Positions 39,796-54,155 of a stretch of DNA of 64,000 bases are shown in pieces. The notes beneath the pieces are model-generated. The model did no database searches, had not been told where the DNA came from, and saw only the letters and a program-made list of their open reading frames with translations. Source of the stretch: Lama glama. Lineage: Eukaryota. The stretch is taken from the NCBI GenBank assembly GCA_028534125.1, contig CM052817.1, forward strand, positions 33,668,001 to 33,732,000. The letters are read 5' to 3'. The position numbers and the translations under genes were made by a program. The first letter of the stretch is position 1, and each line of letters begins with the position of its first letter.

Positions 39796-41473
39796 GTAAG
39801 CTCTTACCAGGGAGTTCTCCCAAGACTCCCTCTGACACAGCTTTACTCTTTACAGGCCTGCAGTGGAATAAAGGATTTGAACTTGTGCTTAGTAAGAGCT
39901 TGGCATTAGAAATCGGCTTTCAGAAACATTTCTGTCTTGAAAATGAGTTAATTGAATCACTGTAATGATTTTTTTTTAAAACCTCATCCATAACAAGTTA
40001 TAGTTAAAGAGCATTTTACAAAAAGAGAAGAGAATATGAGGAAGCGTGCCAAAGATACCCATCAAAGTGGCTTTGCTTTGGAAATGGTACCAATTGAATA
40101 TGAGATGAATTTCAGTGACTGAAACGGAACAGATGAGATGAATGAGAATAATTGCAAAATATATTTTGATCCAGTACATCCTGAGGATGTATTAGATACT
40201 TCTTTAAAATACAGAGTATAAAAAATAGGTACATCTTAAAGCAAAGTATGAAAAAATAGTCATGCCAACTTATCACAAACTTGTCAAGTATTTCAATCTT
40301 GGGTCTAGACCAAGTGCATGAAGCTTTAGTCCAAGGGATTTTTTTTTTCAATCTCATTCTGAATGAATGAAAACAGGACAAAGACAAGTGAAAGTTAGAG
40401 CTAGAGGATGTGTCATCATGAATATTCTAATAGTATGTACTTTGGAGGATGTCAAAGGCATTTTTAAATTATCCACTTGTCTCATTCCAAAATACAGCAA
40501 AGGTGGGTCTTCTTAGAGAGCTACTTAATCTGAGATCGAACAAGACACTCTGGCTGCTCCCATTCAAATACTTATACCTGAGAACTAAGCTTTATTATAT
40601 TTTCTTTCTTGTTTTACAAAAAGGCATGAGGAGCTTAGGGAATAAAATACAGAGAAAAAGGGCAACCAATATCCCGAAGGTGCCAAGAGGCATTTCTGCA
40701 TCGCTCTGCTCCTGTGTATTGTCGAGTTGCTGGGGAAGCAGTACCCTTTCAGGAATGATTTCCAGCCACGCAGACACGCAGTCACAGGCAGTGTTGGCTG
40801 TCAGTGTCCTTTATGAGTGGAATCGCTTCCTGGCTTGGCTCTATGTGATGAGACTGACCACTCTGGGAAACGTCCCTGTAGGCTGTGAGCTGTTTAAGAG
40901 TGGCGATGACAGCTTCTGTTTTATTTTGTAGCTCCCAACATTGTGGCAAAGTGTGTTCCTTGGGTATGTTTTAGTCTTTGCTCCTCCTGGTCTTCCTAAC
41001 AAACGGGAAGCAAGGGCGCCAGCCCGAAGTGTATTTCATCACTGCTTGGAATCAGTGATGTCTTGAATATTGAAGAAGTTCCAGTGGATATGGGCTTATT
41101 GATGCAAAAGATGCCCCTGTTTGCGTGCAGAAAACAGAAGGGTAGGAGGTTTGGGCGAGAGCCACAGAAGGCAAGTGCTTTCTGAGCGCCCACGATTTGG
41201 CCCAGCTCTCTAGCTGGGAGACAGAGTGCTCACGCCAGGGAGGGCTGCACCCTCCTCTCTCCCGTCTGTGTTTTCCTTTCCTTTGCAAATGTTATTTGAC
41301 AAAAGCAATTATACTAATTTCCTTCCCTGTGGCTCAATTCTGGTTTTGACATGATGACTTGGAGGGATCATTATGCTTCCTCCATACGGGAAAAACACCA
41401 CCCAGCTGTGCACCCACGAGCGCTGGCCATGGTAAAGAAAGCTGATGAGATGCCTGACTTCTGTGCCTGTTGA

Positions 41474-41623
<150 letters not shown>

Positions 41624-41978
41624 TGAACATTGGGAGATTAAGTAAATGGCTCAAAATCACACAGCCAGTAAATGTCAAATGTAGGACTAGATCTTGGTTC
41701 TTTTCACTCTAGGTTTTATGTGTATTTAGATTCTTTTGTCAATTAGGTTTTTTTTAGATTGTTCTTGTTGCCTGTATGTTGGAAAATCAAGAGTTATTTT
41801 TAGTGACTTCTTTTTATGTTAAAGCCTGGGGATGAGCTATTATGAGTCACTGATCTGTTTCTCTTTTAGACCCTTGGTAAATAAAATGATATCTAGTCAT
41901 AGGATTAGCCATGTTTTGGGCTTTTTCTGGGTAGTAGATAGCTTGGTTGAACTGATATGTGATTTATTTCTTCAACAG

Positions 41979-42089
41979 CCACAGCCAGATCCAGTGAGAA
42001 ACAAGCTCTCATGTCTGAACTGAAGATAATGACCCACCTGGGGCCACACTTAAACATTGTGAACTTGCTGGGAGCCTGTACCAAGTCAG
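41979..42089 (+). CDS. PDGFRA: PDGFRA exon 14 (kinase alphaC)
   Basis: [37 protein letters not shown]; acag|...|gtaggc; 111 nt. Confidence 0.97.
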
Positions 42090-42258
42090 GTAGGCTTGCT
42101 CACCTGAGACTGAGAACTTTCATAGAGCACTGTGCTTGTGAAAACTGTCCAGGCTTTTTCACCCCCCACCCTGTACCTCCAGACATGGCAGTGAATACAA
42201 GTTCCTTGGATGGAGTCGTTGCCTGGACTCCATTACTTGAGGGAAGCTCACTGTTTGA

Positions 42259-42504
<246 letters not shown>

Positions 42505-43340
42505 TAGGTGTGCAGAGAGGTGCTGCTGTGAATCACGATCTTACGAGCCTCACCAGCGAGAGAACCCATGTCCTGATAGAGGCCATGTCTGAGATGCAGA
42601 GCCTGGTGGTAGCAAGACTTAGAGTCACCTTCCCTGCTCCGTCATCCCATAACGTGATGCTGATAGATACCTGGTGTCTGCAGGTGTTTTGGACCAGGTT
42701 ATCATGTTGGGGATAGGTTTGCTGATAGGTTTGAATGAGAGTGGGAGTTGGAATCATTCTGGGAGCCATATTGCTGTTTATGTGTGGTCTACTCACGACC
42801 TCCACATGCGTCTCCGCCAGGGATGTCTCAGTGCTCGTGTCTTGTGGGAATCTGAGGATTTCCAAGCTTGAGACGCTGGTCCTTGCTGAACCTGGTCCTT
42901 TAGTCAAGCCAGTGAAGTGATGATCCCCACTGTGGAAACCTATACGTGTCTGCAAAGATCTCTGTAGATAGGAATTTCTGTGAGATCAGACAGTACGTGA
43001 GTTCACTTCATATTAAATTATTCAACGGGCACCAAATTGGTGCTAAACTTATTGAGTAGCAGGAGTTGTCTGCCCAAGCCAGTTGGTCACGTGGTGCAGG
43101 TTTGTGGCCTGTAAACCGGAAAGCAGAGCACAGACACAGCTGAGCTGAGCTGAGCTGCTCTGCGTGTTCGTGTGGTCGTTGCCGAGCGCTCGTCCCCCCC
43201 CCCCCGGCTAGACCCCACGTGAGGGCGCGGCTGGCTGTGCTTTTGCTCCCCCCGCCGCCCCCGTGCCCATCGCTGCCTTGCACAGCTGATCACCATCTAC
43301 CAAATGTGGGATGATCGCTCCAGAGGGGCACCCTGGATAA

Positions 43341-43574
<234 letters not shown>

Positions 43575-43825
43575 TGATTTAATATGATGCTTAAAATACT
43601 GCCTCCGAGCAGGCAGGGTAAGCAGGACTGCCAGGCCGCAGGGTCCCTAACCGCAGACCTACAAGGCCAGGCACCGGACATGTTTTTGAAGGTCTGCGGC
43701 TGTGAATTGAAAAAGAAGAAAAAGAATAAAGACAGACCTAATGTAACGAATTTTTCAGACTCTAAGTGAAATTATTTTATTTTATTAGTTTAATTTTATT
43801 GTATATTTTTACTTTTTTTCTTACA

Positions 43826-44077
43826 GTTTTTTTTGAGATATAGTTGACATATGGGACTGTGTAAGTTTAAGGTGTACAGCGTAGTGATTTGACTTACATA
43901 CATCATGAAATGATGACCACAGTAGATTTAGTGAGCATCCATCATCTCATACAGATACACAGTAAAAGAAAAAAAATTATTTTCCTTGTGATGAGAACTC
44001 AGTATTTACTCTCTTATCTTTCATATAAAACATGCAGCAGTTTAATTATACTAATCCTGTTGTATATTACATCCCTG
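43826..44077 (-). mobile_element. L1MA-type 3'UTR fragment
   Basis: TTTTTTGAGATATAGTTGACATA...TTTAAGGTGTACAGC...CTTGTGATGAGAACT. Confidence 0.7.
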
Positions 44078-45329
44078 TAATGTGTCTTTAAATGTAATTG
44101 TTTAAAGAATTATTTGTTTGAATATAATGATACTCTTTTTCTGGGTGTTAACATGTTTTTTTATTTTTCCTTTAATTGAAAGTATGGTGATGATTGATGT
44201 TTTTCCTCAGTGCCCTTACTTGGCAAAATTAAAAGCTGACAATCTTACATTGGATCCTAATGTTATTTTTTTAATTTAATTACATAAATCCCTAATATCT
44301 GTGAGTTCTATAGCCTTTGCTTTTAGCTTTGCTGATATCCCAGTTTGTGACAGAAACTGGAAAGTGGACAATTTGAGGTTATATTTTCTGACAAAGGGGT
44401 TGAGTGTTTCTACTGAATGTCATTTGAAGGAAGATCTGTTTTCAAAGCAGACGAGCATGTGGCAAGGTTGAATTGATTTATAAACTCCGGGGAGCCTAGC
44501 TGATGCCCATACCAGATGGACCACCCTACATCTGCTGCGGGGGTGGCCCCTCCAGGGTTCTAGTCTAATCACAGGCTTGGAGCCGGGAGGAGGCTGTGAG
44601 ATGGAGCTGGTGGTGACTTGCTCCCTAATCTTGTATTACTGGGTCTGAGTCCTCCCATTGGTCCATGCAAAAGGCATTGAGCTGCCATGGAAATTGTTTT
44701 GAAAATCACTGATGTACTCTGAATGCTTTCAGGGTTCTTAAGTGAAAGGTACAATTCATTAAAAAAAAAAGAGAAAGAAAAAGAATGTGCTTGTTTTGCA
44801 AAGTATAGTACATAATAATATTTTCTACTCCTGCAGTTCCAAGTTCCACTCACTTCTCATTGCCAACTGGGGAGACTTCCAAGCCCTTTTTAAAGATTAG
44901 CCAATGATACTTGTCGGAACCAACACTTCCTCTCCCCTCCTGTATTGTTAAAAATAGTTTACATTGCTTCCCAGGCTGGACCTGGCTCCAGATGTAGGGG
45001 GGACCTGATTCACGCTCAGCCCAGGCCCAGTTGGCAGGCAGACCATAGCTTTCTGGCTGGAAAAATGTGAATGGCTGCAGCTACTCTGCAGTTGCCTGAA
45101 ATTTTTCAAAAAACACTGAGAACTGCTGGCCTAGAGCGCCTCCTTCCTCGAAAACCCTGGGACCCTTCCAGATGGGACCAACTGGGGAAAGGGAACTACA
45201 TGCAAAGTCTTCGGCACTACTCGTTAAGATCGCCACCTCTAGTGGCTGGTGGCTAATTTTATTCATGAAGTAAGCCAAGTACTATGAAGGTGGCTTTAAA
45301 AAGGAAAAAAAGCAATTCCTAGAAGCTGC

Positions 45330-45550
45330 TTTTTTTTACATTTTTTATTGTTTCATAATCATTTTACAGTGTTGTGTCAAATTCCAGTGTTCAGCACAAT
45401 TTTTCAGTCATTCATGGACATATACACACTCATTGTCACATTTTTTTCTCTGTGATTTATCATAACATTTTGTGTATATTTCCCTGTGCTATACAGTGTA
45501 ATCTTGTTTATCTATTCTACAATTTTGAAATCCCAGTCTATCCCTTCCCA
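45330..45550 (-). mobile_element. L1 3' end running into the assembly gap
   Basis: Poly-T, TTTTACAGTGTTGTGTCAAATTCCAGTG...TTTCCCTGTGCTATACAG...TATCCCTTCCCA then Ns. Confidence 0.75.
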
Positions 45551-45650
45551 NNNNNNNNNNNNNNNNNNNNNNNNNNNNNNNNNNNNNNNNNNNNNNNNNN
45601 NNNNNNNNNNNNNNNNNNNNNNNNNNNNNNNNNNNNNNNNNNNNNNNNNN
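45551..45650. other. Assembly gap (100 N)
   Basis: Run of N; exactly 100 usually denotes unknown length. Confidence 0.99.
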
Positions 45651-45779
45651 TAAGCATTTAAACCAGGTATATGTTTCTGCAGATGTATTTCTTTTTAAAG
45701 AGAGAACTTTTGCATAGTTGACACACCCACCTGTGATGTCTAGAAGTTCTAAAAGAAAATACTTTGGTATGCTCTTTGA

Positions 45780-46088
<309 letters not shown>

Positions 46089-46334
46089 TAGCAAAGGTTG
46101 CATCTCTCTTCCTCTTCGCCAAAGCAGGGCAGGGAGTTTGACATGATCAGGTGTCTACTTTTCTCCGGAGCTCTCTCCTTGTTGGTGGTGGAGGGTGAGG
46201 ACTGGGACTAAGGCTGGAAGAGGTGAGCTCTTCATGCCAGGACAGCCTCCCTGAGGTCTGCCTGGCAGCTCCAAGCGCCCCCATGAAGTGGCCAGTCTTG
46301 CAGGGGTGATGCTGTCCAGCAGCAGATGGACTGA

Positions 46335-46541
<207 letters not shown>

Positions 46542-46619
46542 TGAAAGCAGATGTTGCTTCTAGCCATTCAGAGCCCAGATCTTTAACACGGAGCCCATGA
46601 GCTTCACAAACAGACTCCG

Positions 46620-46870
46620 GGGGTCAGTTATGAAAAGCGCAGGTTCTGCAGGTGGGCTGCCCGGCTGTGGGCAGCAGCCCCAGCACTCACTAGTGTGGGC
46701 ACTTGGGGCAAGTGACCTGGCCATTCTGTGCCTCAGTTTCCCTGTCTGTATCAGGGAAGTGACATTGTACCTATCTCTTGAGTTGCCGGGGGAATTAGAT
46801 CAGTGGATTCAAGTAAAATGCTTAGGACAGTGCCTGGCCCACACAGAGCACCCAGTAAATGGTAACTATC
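46620..46870 (+). mobile_element. MIR SINE
   Basis: CTTGGGGCAAGTGACCTGGCCATTCTGTGCCTCAGTTTCCCTGTCTGTA...TGCTTAGGACAGTGCCTGGC; other MIR relics near 270-480, 1230-1330, 1630-1790, 12790-12930, 25265-25380, 34255-34380. Confidence 0.7.
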
Positions 46871-47035
46871 AATGTGGAGATTGTGCATTTATTTCCAAGG
46901 AGAATGCCTTTAACTTTTATCAAAATCCGGATGGCATCCGTGACCCCTAAAATGTTGAAACCATTTGTGTTAATATATCTTAGAAGCATAATTTCCTTAA
47001 AGATACTCATTCTATTTCCCCCTCGCCCCCCTTGT

Positions 47036-47106
47036 TGGAGGCACTGGGGATTGAACCCAGGACTCGTGCATACCAAGCATGTGCGCTACTCCTGAGCTAT
47101 TTCCCC
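47036..47106 (-). mobile_element. tRNA-Ala-derived SINE, more diverged copy
   Basis: GGAGGCACTGGGGATTGAACCCAGGACTCGTGCATACCAAGCATGTGCGCTACTCCTGAGCTATTTCCCC. Confidence 0.8.
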
Positions 47107-47904
47107 AACTCCCAAGGTCATCATTCTGTACTACACTTGAACCTTCTCCCTACCCTGTCCAACTCTAAGCAGAGGAAGTAGCTTGGGATACATCTGCCGC
47201 CTGTAGGTACAATTCCAAATCACCCCACTGCACTGGTTGTGAGTCTGCTCACTGCGTTGCTGCCCAGCCCTGCAGGACTCTGGTCTCTGTCTGTGCTCTG
47301 CATGTTTTATGTACTGTGTGGCCATGACCTGTAGCTTTAGGCATCTTGAACAAATCAATGGACTGTTCAAAAAGGTCATGGATCTCTGTTGTCTCCTCAC
47401 AATCTTAGGCGGCTGAAGGATGCTACTTGTGGCTACTTTCTATATCTACCTCAGTTTAATATTTCTACTGATGTTTGGACCAGCCTCTCAAAAGAGGCTG
47501 CAAAATTATCACAATATTATATTTTTGTATTAGTAGGAAATGATTCTTACAGTTCCAAAATGTAATTAGCTCTCAGATCACTGGGTCTGTTCTTAATTTT
47601 ATTTCTAAGAACACCAGAAAATAGGGGACAGGTCCATTTAGGGCTCACACTTTTTGGGTACAAATTCAGGATGAAGTATCTTTGGATATTAGTCCTTGGG
47701 AGGGCATAAGAGGCAACAGTGACCATCCATCATTCATCAGATATGTACTGAGCACCCATTAGGTGCCAGGTACTCTCCTGGGTGCGGAGAATACAGACGT
47801 GAACAAAACAACAGAGACACGCATGTGGGGCAAGGTTACTAGGGTGTTCTTACTAGCATTATTATTAGCCCAGAGAGGACGCCTTTCTGCTTCTGCTGCT
47901 GTAG

Positions 47905-48111
<207 letters not shown>

Positions 48112-49146
48112 TAGGAGGGAGACACTGTGTTTTCCCCGCTCCAGGGTGTGAACAATGTTATGATATCTGGTGTGAGTCAAGTGCACTGCAGCCGATGTAC
48201 GTCATGTTGTGCACTTAACGATGTCTATGTCTGCCGGTGCGGATGGAGAAGGGGTCTTGGGCAGCTGCACCCTCACCCCTGGCCTTTGCACCTCCTCTCC
48301 TTTGGGCTGCATCAGAGAGACTTTCTCCTACTGGAGATGCTCTTGATGACATCCACTGACTGTCTGCTTCTCCGTCTTGGACTTTGGGTTGAGTGGGTTC
48401 ACCAGTGAGAGTCGCCCATCCCTCACCATGGTGAGGGATGCTTGGTGAGAGGTAGTGCAGTGAGGGCAAGGGCACGGCTCCCTTCCTGGTCATCGCTCTG
48501 GAGGAGAGAGACCTAGTCATTCAGTCAGTCAGGCCCCAGGTCCTGAGCAACACAGGTGCCCTGAGCTGCCAGGTGAGGGCCCTGTGTGAGGGGTGATTCA
48601 GGGCTCTGACCTCCGGACACTTCACCTGGGGAGGTATGACTTACCCACTTAGTGGTCAGCTGTGTGGTCCTGATTTAAAACTGTAACAGAAGCCCAGAGG
48701 AAAGAGGAAGGAGTCCTGGAGTAGTTTTGGAAGGAAGCTAAACTTGACCTGGCCTTGGCCACAAAAATGTGAAATGTTTCATGAATTTACTGTCGTCCTG
48801 ATGTGATAGTAAAGGGCTTCCCTGCCTGGCATCCCTTTTCTGTCCCTCCACTGAGGTCACTGTGGGTCATCCTAGGGTGTGGCATAACTGAGGCTCGTGT
48901 TCCATTAAAAGCAGAGAATTATCTAGACATTTCAAGACTTTTGCCTTAATTATTTGAACATTTCTGATGAAAATGAGTTTTTTGGCCTCAGTGATTCATA
49001 ATTTCTCTGGTTTTTCTATTTTGCTTTGTATAGATAGATCCAGGAGTCAGAAATATTGAAAAGCACTCTTTTAGACATGTAGAATTTTTGCCAGGGGTGT
49101 CTGAACTTGACCAACCTAGAAATGCTGGTTAAATTTAAGAATTGGT

Positions 49147-49320
49147 GGGGGAGGGTATAGCTCAGTGGTATAGTGCATGCTTAGCATGCATCAGATCCTG
49201 CGTTCAATCTCTAGTACCTCCATTAAAACAAACAAACAAACAAACAAACAAACAAACAAACCAAATTACCTCCCCGCCAAACAAAAACCAAAAAAGAATT
49301 AAATTTAATTAAAAAAAATA
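49147..49320 (+). mobile_element. Full vic-1-like SINE with (AAAC)n spacer and AATTACCTCCCC tail
   Basis: GGGGGAGGGTATAGCTCAGTGGTATAGTGCATGCTTAGCATGCA...GTTCAATCTCTAGTACCTCCA. Confidence 0.85.
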
Positions 49321-49404
49321 GTTGGACAAAAGTTTTAAAAATTAAAAAAAACAAAAAAGTTGGGCAGGGCTATGAAATCAAGGAGATGATAACAGTTTCC
49401 TTGA

Positions 49405-49626
<222 letters not shown>

Positions 49627-49720
49627 TGAGCCCCCTCCTCATCCTGTGGGCCTGTGCTCATGCCCAGTGGGTCCGTGGGGGCGGGCGGTGCCCGGGCGTT
49701 GCTCCCTGTGCCCACTCTGA

Positions 49721-49981
<261 letters not shown>

Positions 49982-51086
49982 TGATCCAGTGGCTGGAGCT
50001 TCATGGAATGCTCCCCGGGGCCCCTGGTAGTAAGGATGAATGAAGACTCTCCCCTTCCTGCATGGTTCCCTTTCATCCTAAGTGTGCAACACCTGTGAGC
50101 ACTTTATTCTCCACATGTTTGAGTAGCTGAAGCTACTGTGCAGTTAGAAGTCTCAGGGCATCTGCAGCCATTAAATGGCTAATTTGAATGCACTTAAATC
50201 CATGCGAATTTGGCTTTTACCAGCTGACTGGAAGGAACAATCTCAGCTGTTATCTGTGGCTCCAGCTGGTTTTTTGTGGAATAGGAAGTATTGTTCAAAG
50301 GAACAAATGTAATTTCATGGAACCAAGCAGGATATGATAATGAATGAAACAACTTTTCTGCTGAGATGCTGAGAAGGAAATCTAGGCACACTTGTATCAT
50401 AAACTCAATTTCTTACATTCAGATTAGTCACCATGTAGAGTTTCCATACTTACTGCTTCTCTTCCTTCTTCTCAAGGAGGAGCAGTGTTATCAGAACTGG
50501 AAGTTAAATATTTTTGTTTATTGATGATCTCACTGCCCAGTACAGTTGCTGTAAGTGAGACAGAAGGACATTAACCATAGGTTAGTCAAAGACACTCTAG
50601 TTGGTGAAGATGTGTTGATGGGGATGGACTGGTACTATTGTTGAAAATAAGGTCTTTGTAGATCAATGGTCCCTAAGTTTTGAGTCAGATTTCCCCAGTG
50701 TTTAGGGATCAGAAAGGCTTCAGATTTGGTGCTCCCAGTGGAAGTCCTCATCACCTCTTGGACCTATCCAAACCCTGGAGAGACTACGTGATATGTAGAA
50801 GGGTCCATGCTAGTCCCAGTAGAAGGGCGTGTATGTGTAGGGGGCATAGTTGTAGCTACTGTCTGAGAAAGGGTTCTTGGTATCTTAAGACTTGCCAGCA
50901 GGAGATCTCTGCCATTCGTGGCCCTTTCTTCATGTCCCACATTTCTGGGGACAGCTGACATCTGACTCTCCTTCGGTTGTCAAAACCCACATCTGTTTGG
51001 AAACACAGGCAGTTAAACAATAGTAAGTTCTGAGGGTCTGCATTCTCCTTTTCAGTTCTGTCAATTGCACTTGAGTAACTATATGA

Positions 51087-51344
<258 letters not shown>

Positions 51345-51514
51345 TAGCTGGCGCGACCTCAGCTTCGGGCGGAGCCCCGCCCCTGCCCCAGCACACCTGA
51401 AGGGGCGACGCCCTTGCCCCTCGTGAGGCCCTCCCCGGGGTGAATCTGTCCTGGGAGAGCCAGTGCCAGAATCCCCCAGGGATCTATTTAGTTTTGGAAA
51501 TGCTTCCCAGATGA

Positions 51515-52630
51515 TTTTTTTTAATTAAGAAAAGTTTATTCAAATATAGTTAATTTACAATGTATTAGTTTCAGGTGTACAATGTAGTAATTGATATTTT
51601 TTATAGATTACACACCATATGGAGTTATTATAAAATACTGAACTATGTTCCCTGTGCTGTACTTTACATCGCTGTGATTTATTTATCTTATAACTGGTAG
51701 TTTGTACCTCTGAATCCCCTTCACCTACTTTGCCCCTCCTTCCACTCCTCTCCCCTCTGGTAACCCCTAGTTTGTTCTCTATACTTGTGAGTCTGTTTCT
51801 GTTTCATTTGTTCATTTGTTTTGTCTTTCAGATTGCACACATAAGCGAAAACATACAGTATTTGTCTTTCTCTGTCTGACTTACTTCATTAAGCATAATA
51901 CCCTCCAGGTCCATCCATGCTGTCACAAATGGCAAGATTTCATTCTTTTTTATGGCTTAGTAATACTACATTGGGGTGCATGTATCTTTTTAATTAGTGT
52001 TTTCATTTTCTTTGGCTAAATACCCAGGAGTGGAATTGCTGGATCACATGATAGTTCTATTTTTAATTTTAAAGGACCTCCGTACTGTCTTCCATAGTGG
52101 CTGCACCAATTTACATTTTCACCAGCAGTGCATAAGGGTTCCCATTTCTCCACATACTCACCAGCACTTGTTATTTTTTGTCTTTTTGATGATAGCCATT
52201 CTGACAGGTGTAAGGTGATATCTCGTGCTTTTGATTTGCATTTCTCTGATGATTAGTGATGTTGAGTATCTTTTTATGAGCCTGTTGGCGTGTATATCAT
52301 CTATATGTCTTTGGAAAAATGCCTATTCAGGTCCTCTGCCCATTTTTAAATTGGATTACTTGTGGTTTTTTATTTTTTTTTGGATACTGAAGTGTTTGAG
52401 TCCTTTATATATTTTGGTTATTAATCCTTTATCAGACATATTGTTTGCACATATCTTCTCTCATTCGGTAGGTTGCCTTTCATTGTGCTGGTGGTTTCCT
52501 TTGCTGTGCAAAAGCTTTTTAGTTTGATTAGATTTCATGTTTATTTTTGCTTTTGTTGCTCTTGGCTGAGGAGACTGATCCAAAAAATATTGCTGACACC
52601 AATGTCCAAGAGCGTACTGCCTATATTTGC
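51515..52630 (-). mobile_element. ~1.1 kb L1 fragment (3'UTR and end of ORF2)
   Basis: Poly-T start; TTCCATAGTGGCTGCACCAATTTACATT, TTGATTTGCATTTCTCTGATGATTAGTGATGTTGAG and GCTGTGCAAAAGCTTTTTAGTTTGAT hallmarks. Confidence 0.85.
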
Positions 52631-52835
52631 CCCCTGGAGCTGGCAGAGATGTAGGACAGGGAGGGATGTGCTTCCCTGGTGGAGAATCTTTGATCTAAGT
52701 CCTCAGGTAATTTGGTCAAACTGACACAGCAACTGTGATATTGAAACTGTATAGGCCTCTCTTTCTGTTTTCTTAATTAGTCATTGAACTGAGGAGAAAG
52801 CTGAGAGTCTGGCTATACTGGGCTGTTTGACACTA

Positions 52836-53252
52836 TGTCAGCAGTTTTTTTTTTTGTATATATATATTTTATTGAGGTATATAGTCAGTTTACAATGTTG
52901 TATCAATTTCTGGTGTACATCATAATGCTTCAGTCATACATGAACGTTCATGTATTCATTTTCATATTCTTTTTCACCACAAGTTACAAGATATTGAATA
53001 TAGTTCCCTGTGCTACACAGTATGAACTTGTTGTTTGTCTATTTTATATATATATTAGGTAGTATTTGCAAGTCTTGAACTCCCAAATTTATCTGTTAAA
53101 TATTTTATTTATTATTTAAATGACTTTATTTTGGTTGGGGGGTAATTAGGTTTATGTAGTTTTAAAGGAGATACTGGGGATTGAACCCAGGACCTCGTGC
53201 ATGCTAAGCACACACTATACCACTGAGCTATACCCTCCCCCTGTCAGCAGTT
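52836..53252 (-). mobile_element. Composite insertion: vic-1-like SINE (about 53100-53241) joined to L1 3' tail (about 52847-53095) within one TSD
   Basis: TGTCAGCAGTT at 52836-52846 and 53242-53252; both parts in the same orientation. Confidence 0.75.
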
Positions 53253-54155
53253 CTTACTCCTTGCTGCAAGCTGGAACCACCTGGGGAGATTTGGAAGCTA
53301 CTAATATCCAAACCTCCCCTAGACCAACAAATGTGAATCTTTGGGAGTGAGGCCCAAGCACTCTCTGGCTGATTTGTTCTTTCTTTCTAACTTTGTAGTA
53401 TGGGAAATTTCTAACATGCATGGTTCAAATAGCATAGTGAACTGTCAGGTATCCATCACTCAACTTCAGTGTCTATGAATTCATGGCCTGTCTGCATACA
53501 TATCCATATCTACTACTTCTCTACACTCCCCTCTGGGTTATTTTGAAGCAGATCCTAGCCGTCACATCATTTCATCCATAAATATTTCAGCATGTATCTC
53601 AAAAAGAGGCTCTATTTTTTAAAATAACTAGTTATTAAAAATAACAGTGATACTATTATCTCACCCCACCTCCACATCCACAGTAGTTAAGAACATCAGA
53701 TATCCAGTGTTCCAATTTCCTTAATTCTCTCATAAATATTATTTTATGTTTGGTTTGTTCTATTCAAGACCTTCATAAGAGTCACACATGGCCCTTGGTT
53801 GGTAGAATTCTCTAACTTCATCCTGCCTCTTTTGACCCCTTTGCATGTTATTTGTGTAAAAACCAGAGCATTTGCATATAGAGTTCCCACATTTAGAACT
53901 TTGCTGATTGCATTGCCATTGTGTGTTTTATCACATTTTTGTCTCCTATATTTGTTGTAAACTGGTAGTTAGTCTAAAGGCTTAATCTGACTTGGCAGAT
54001 TTTTGGCAAGTGTGCTTCAAAGATGGTGCTGTGTACAGGAGGTGCATACTGTCCAGTTGTCTCTCTTTTTGCGACAGTACTAGCCATTGGTGGTCATACA
54101 TTGACTCATTAATTTATTACCAAGGCGATGCTAATGCACAGCCAGGACTGGACCT
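53245..54155. mobile_element. MER5-type hAT relic split by an old L1M fragment (about 53375-54120)
   Basis: CAGCAGTTCT...GAACCACCTGGGGAG...GAATCTTTGGGAGTGAGGCCCAAGCA, resuming as CAAGGCGATGCTAATGCACAGCCAGG. Confidence 0.5.

Noticed and set aside
43138..43157. (AGCTG)4 resembling immunoglobulin switch repeats
   Set aside because: Only four units; a simple short tandem repeat.
49147..49222. Possible tRNA-Ala(AGC) genes (also at 26911, 35357, 47036, 53165)
   Set aside because: Divergent stems, A-rich tails and multiple intronic copies mark them as SINEs, not functional tRNA genes.
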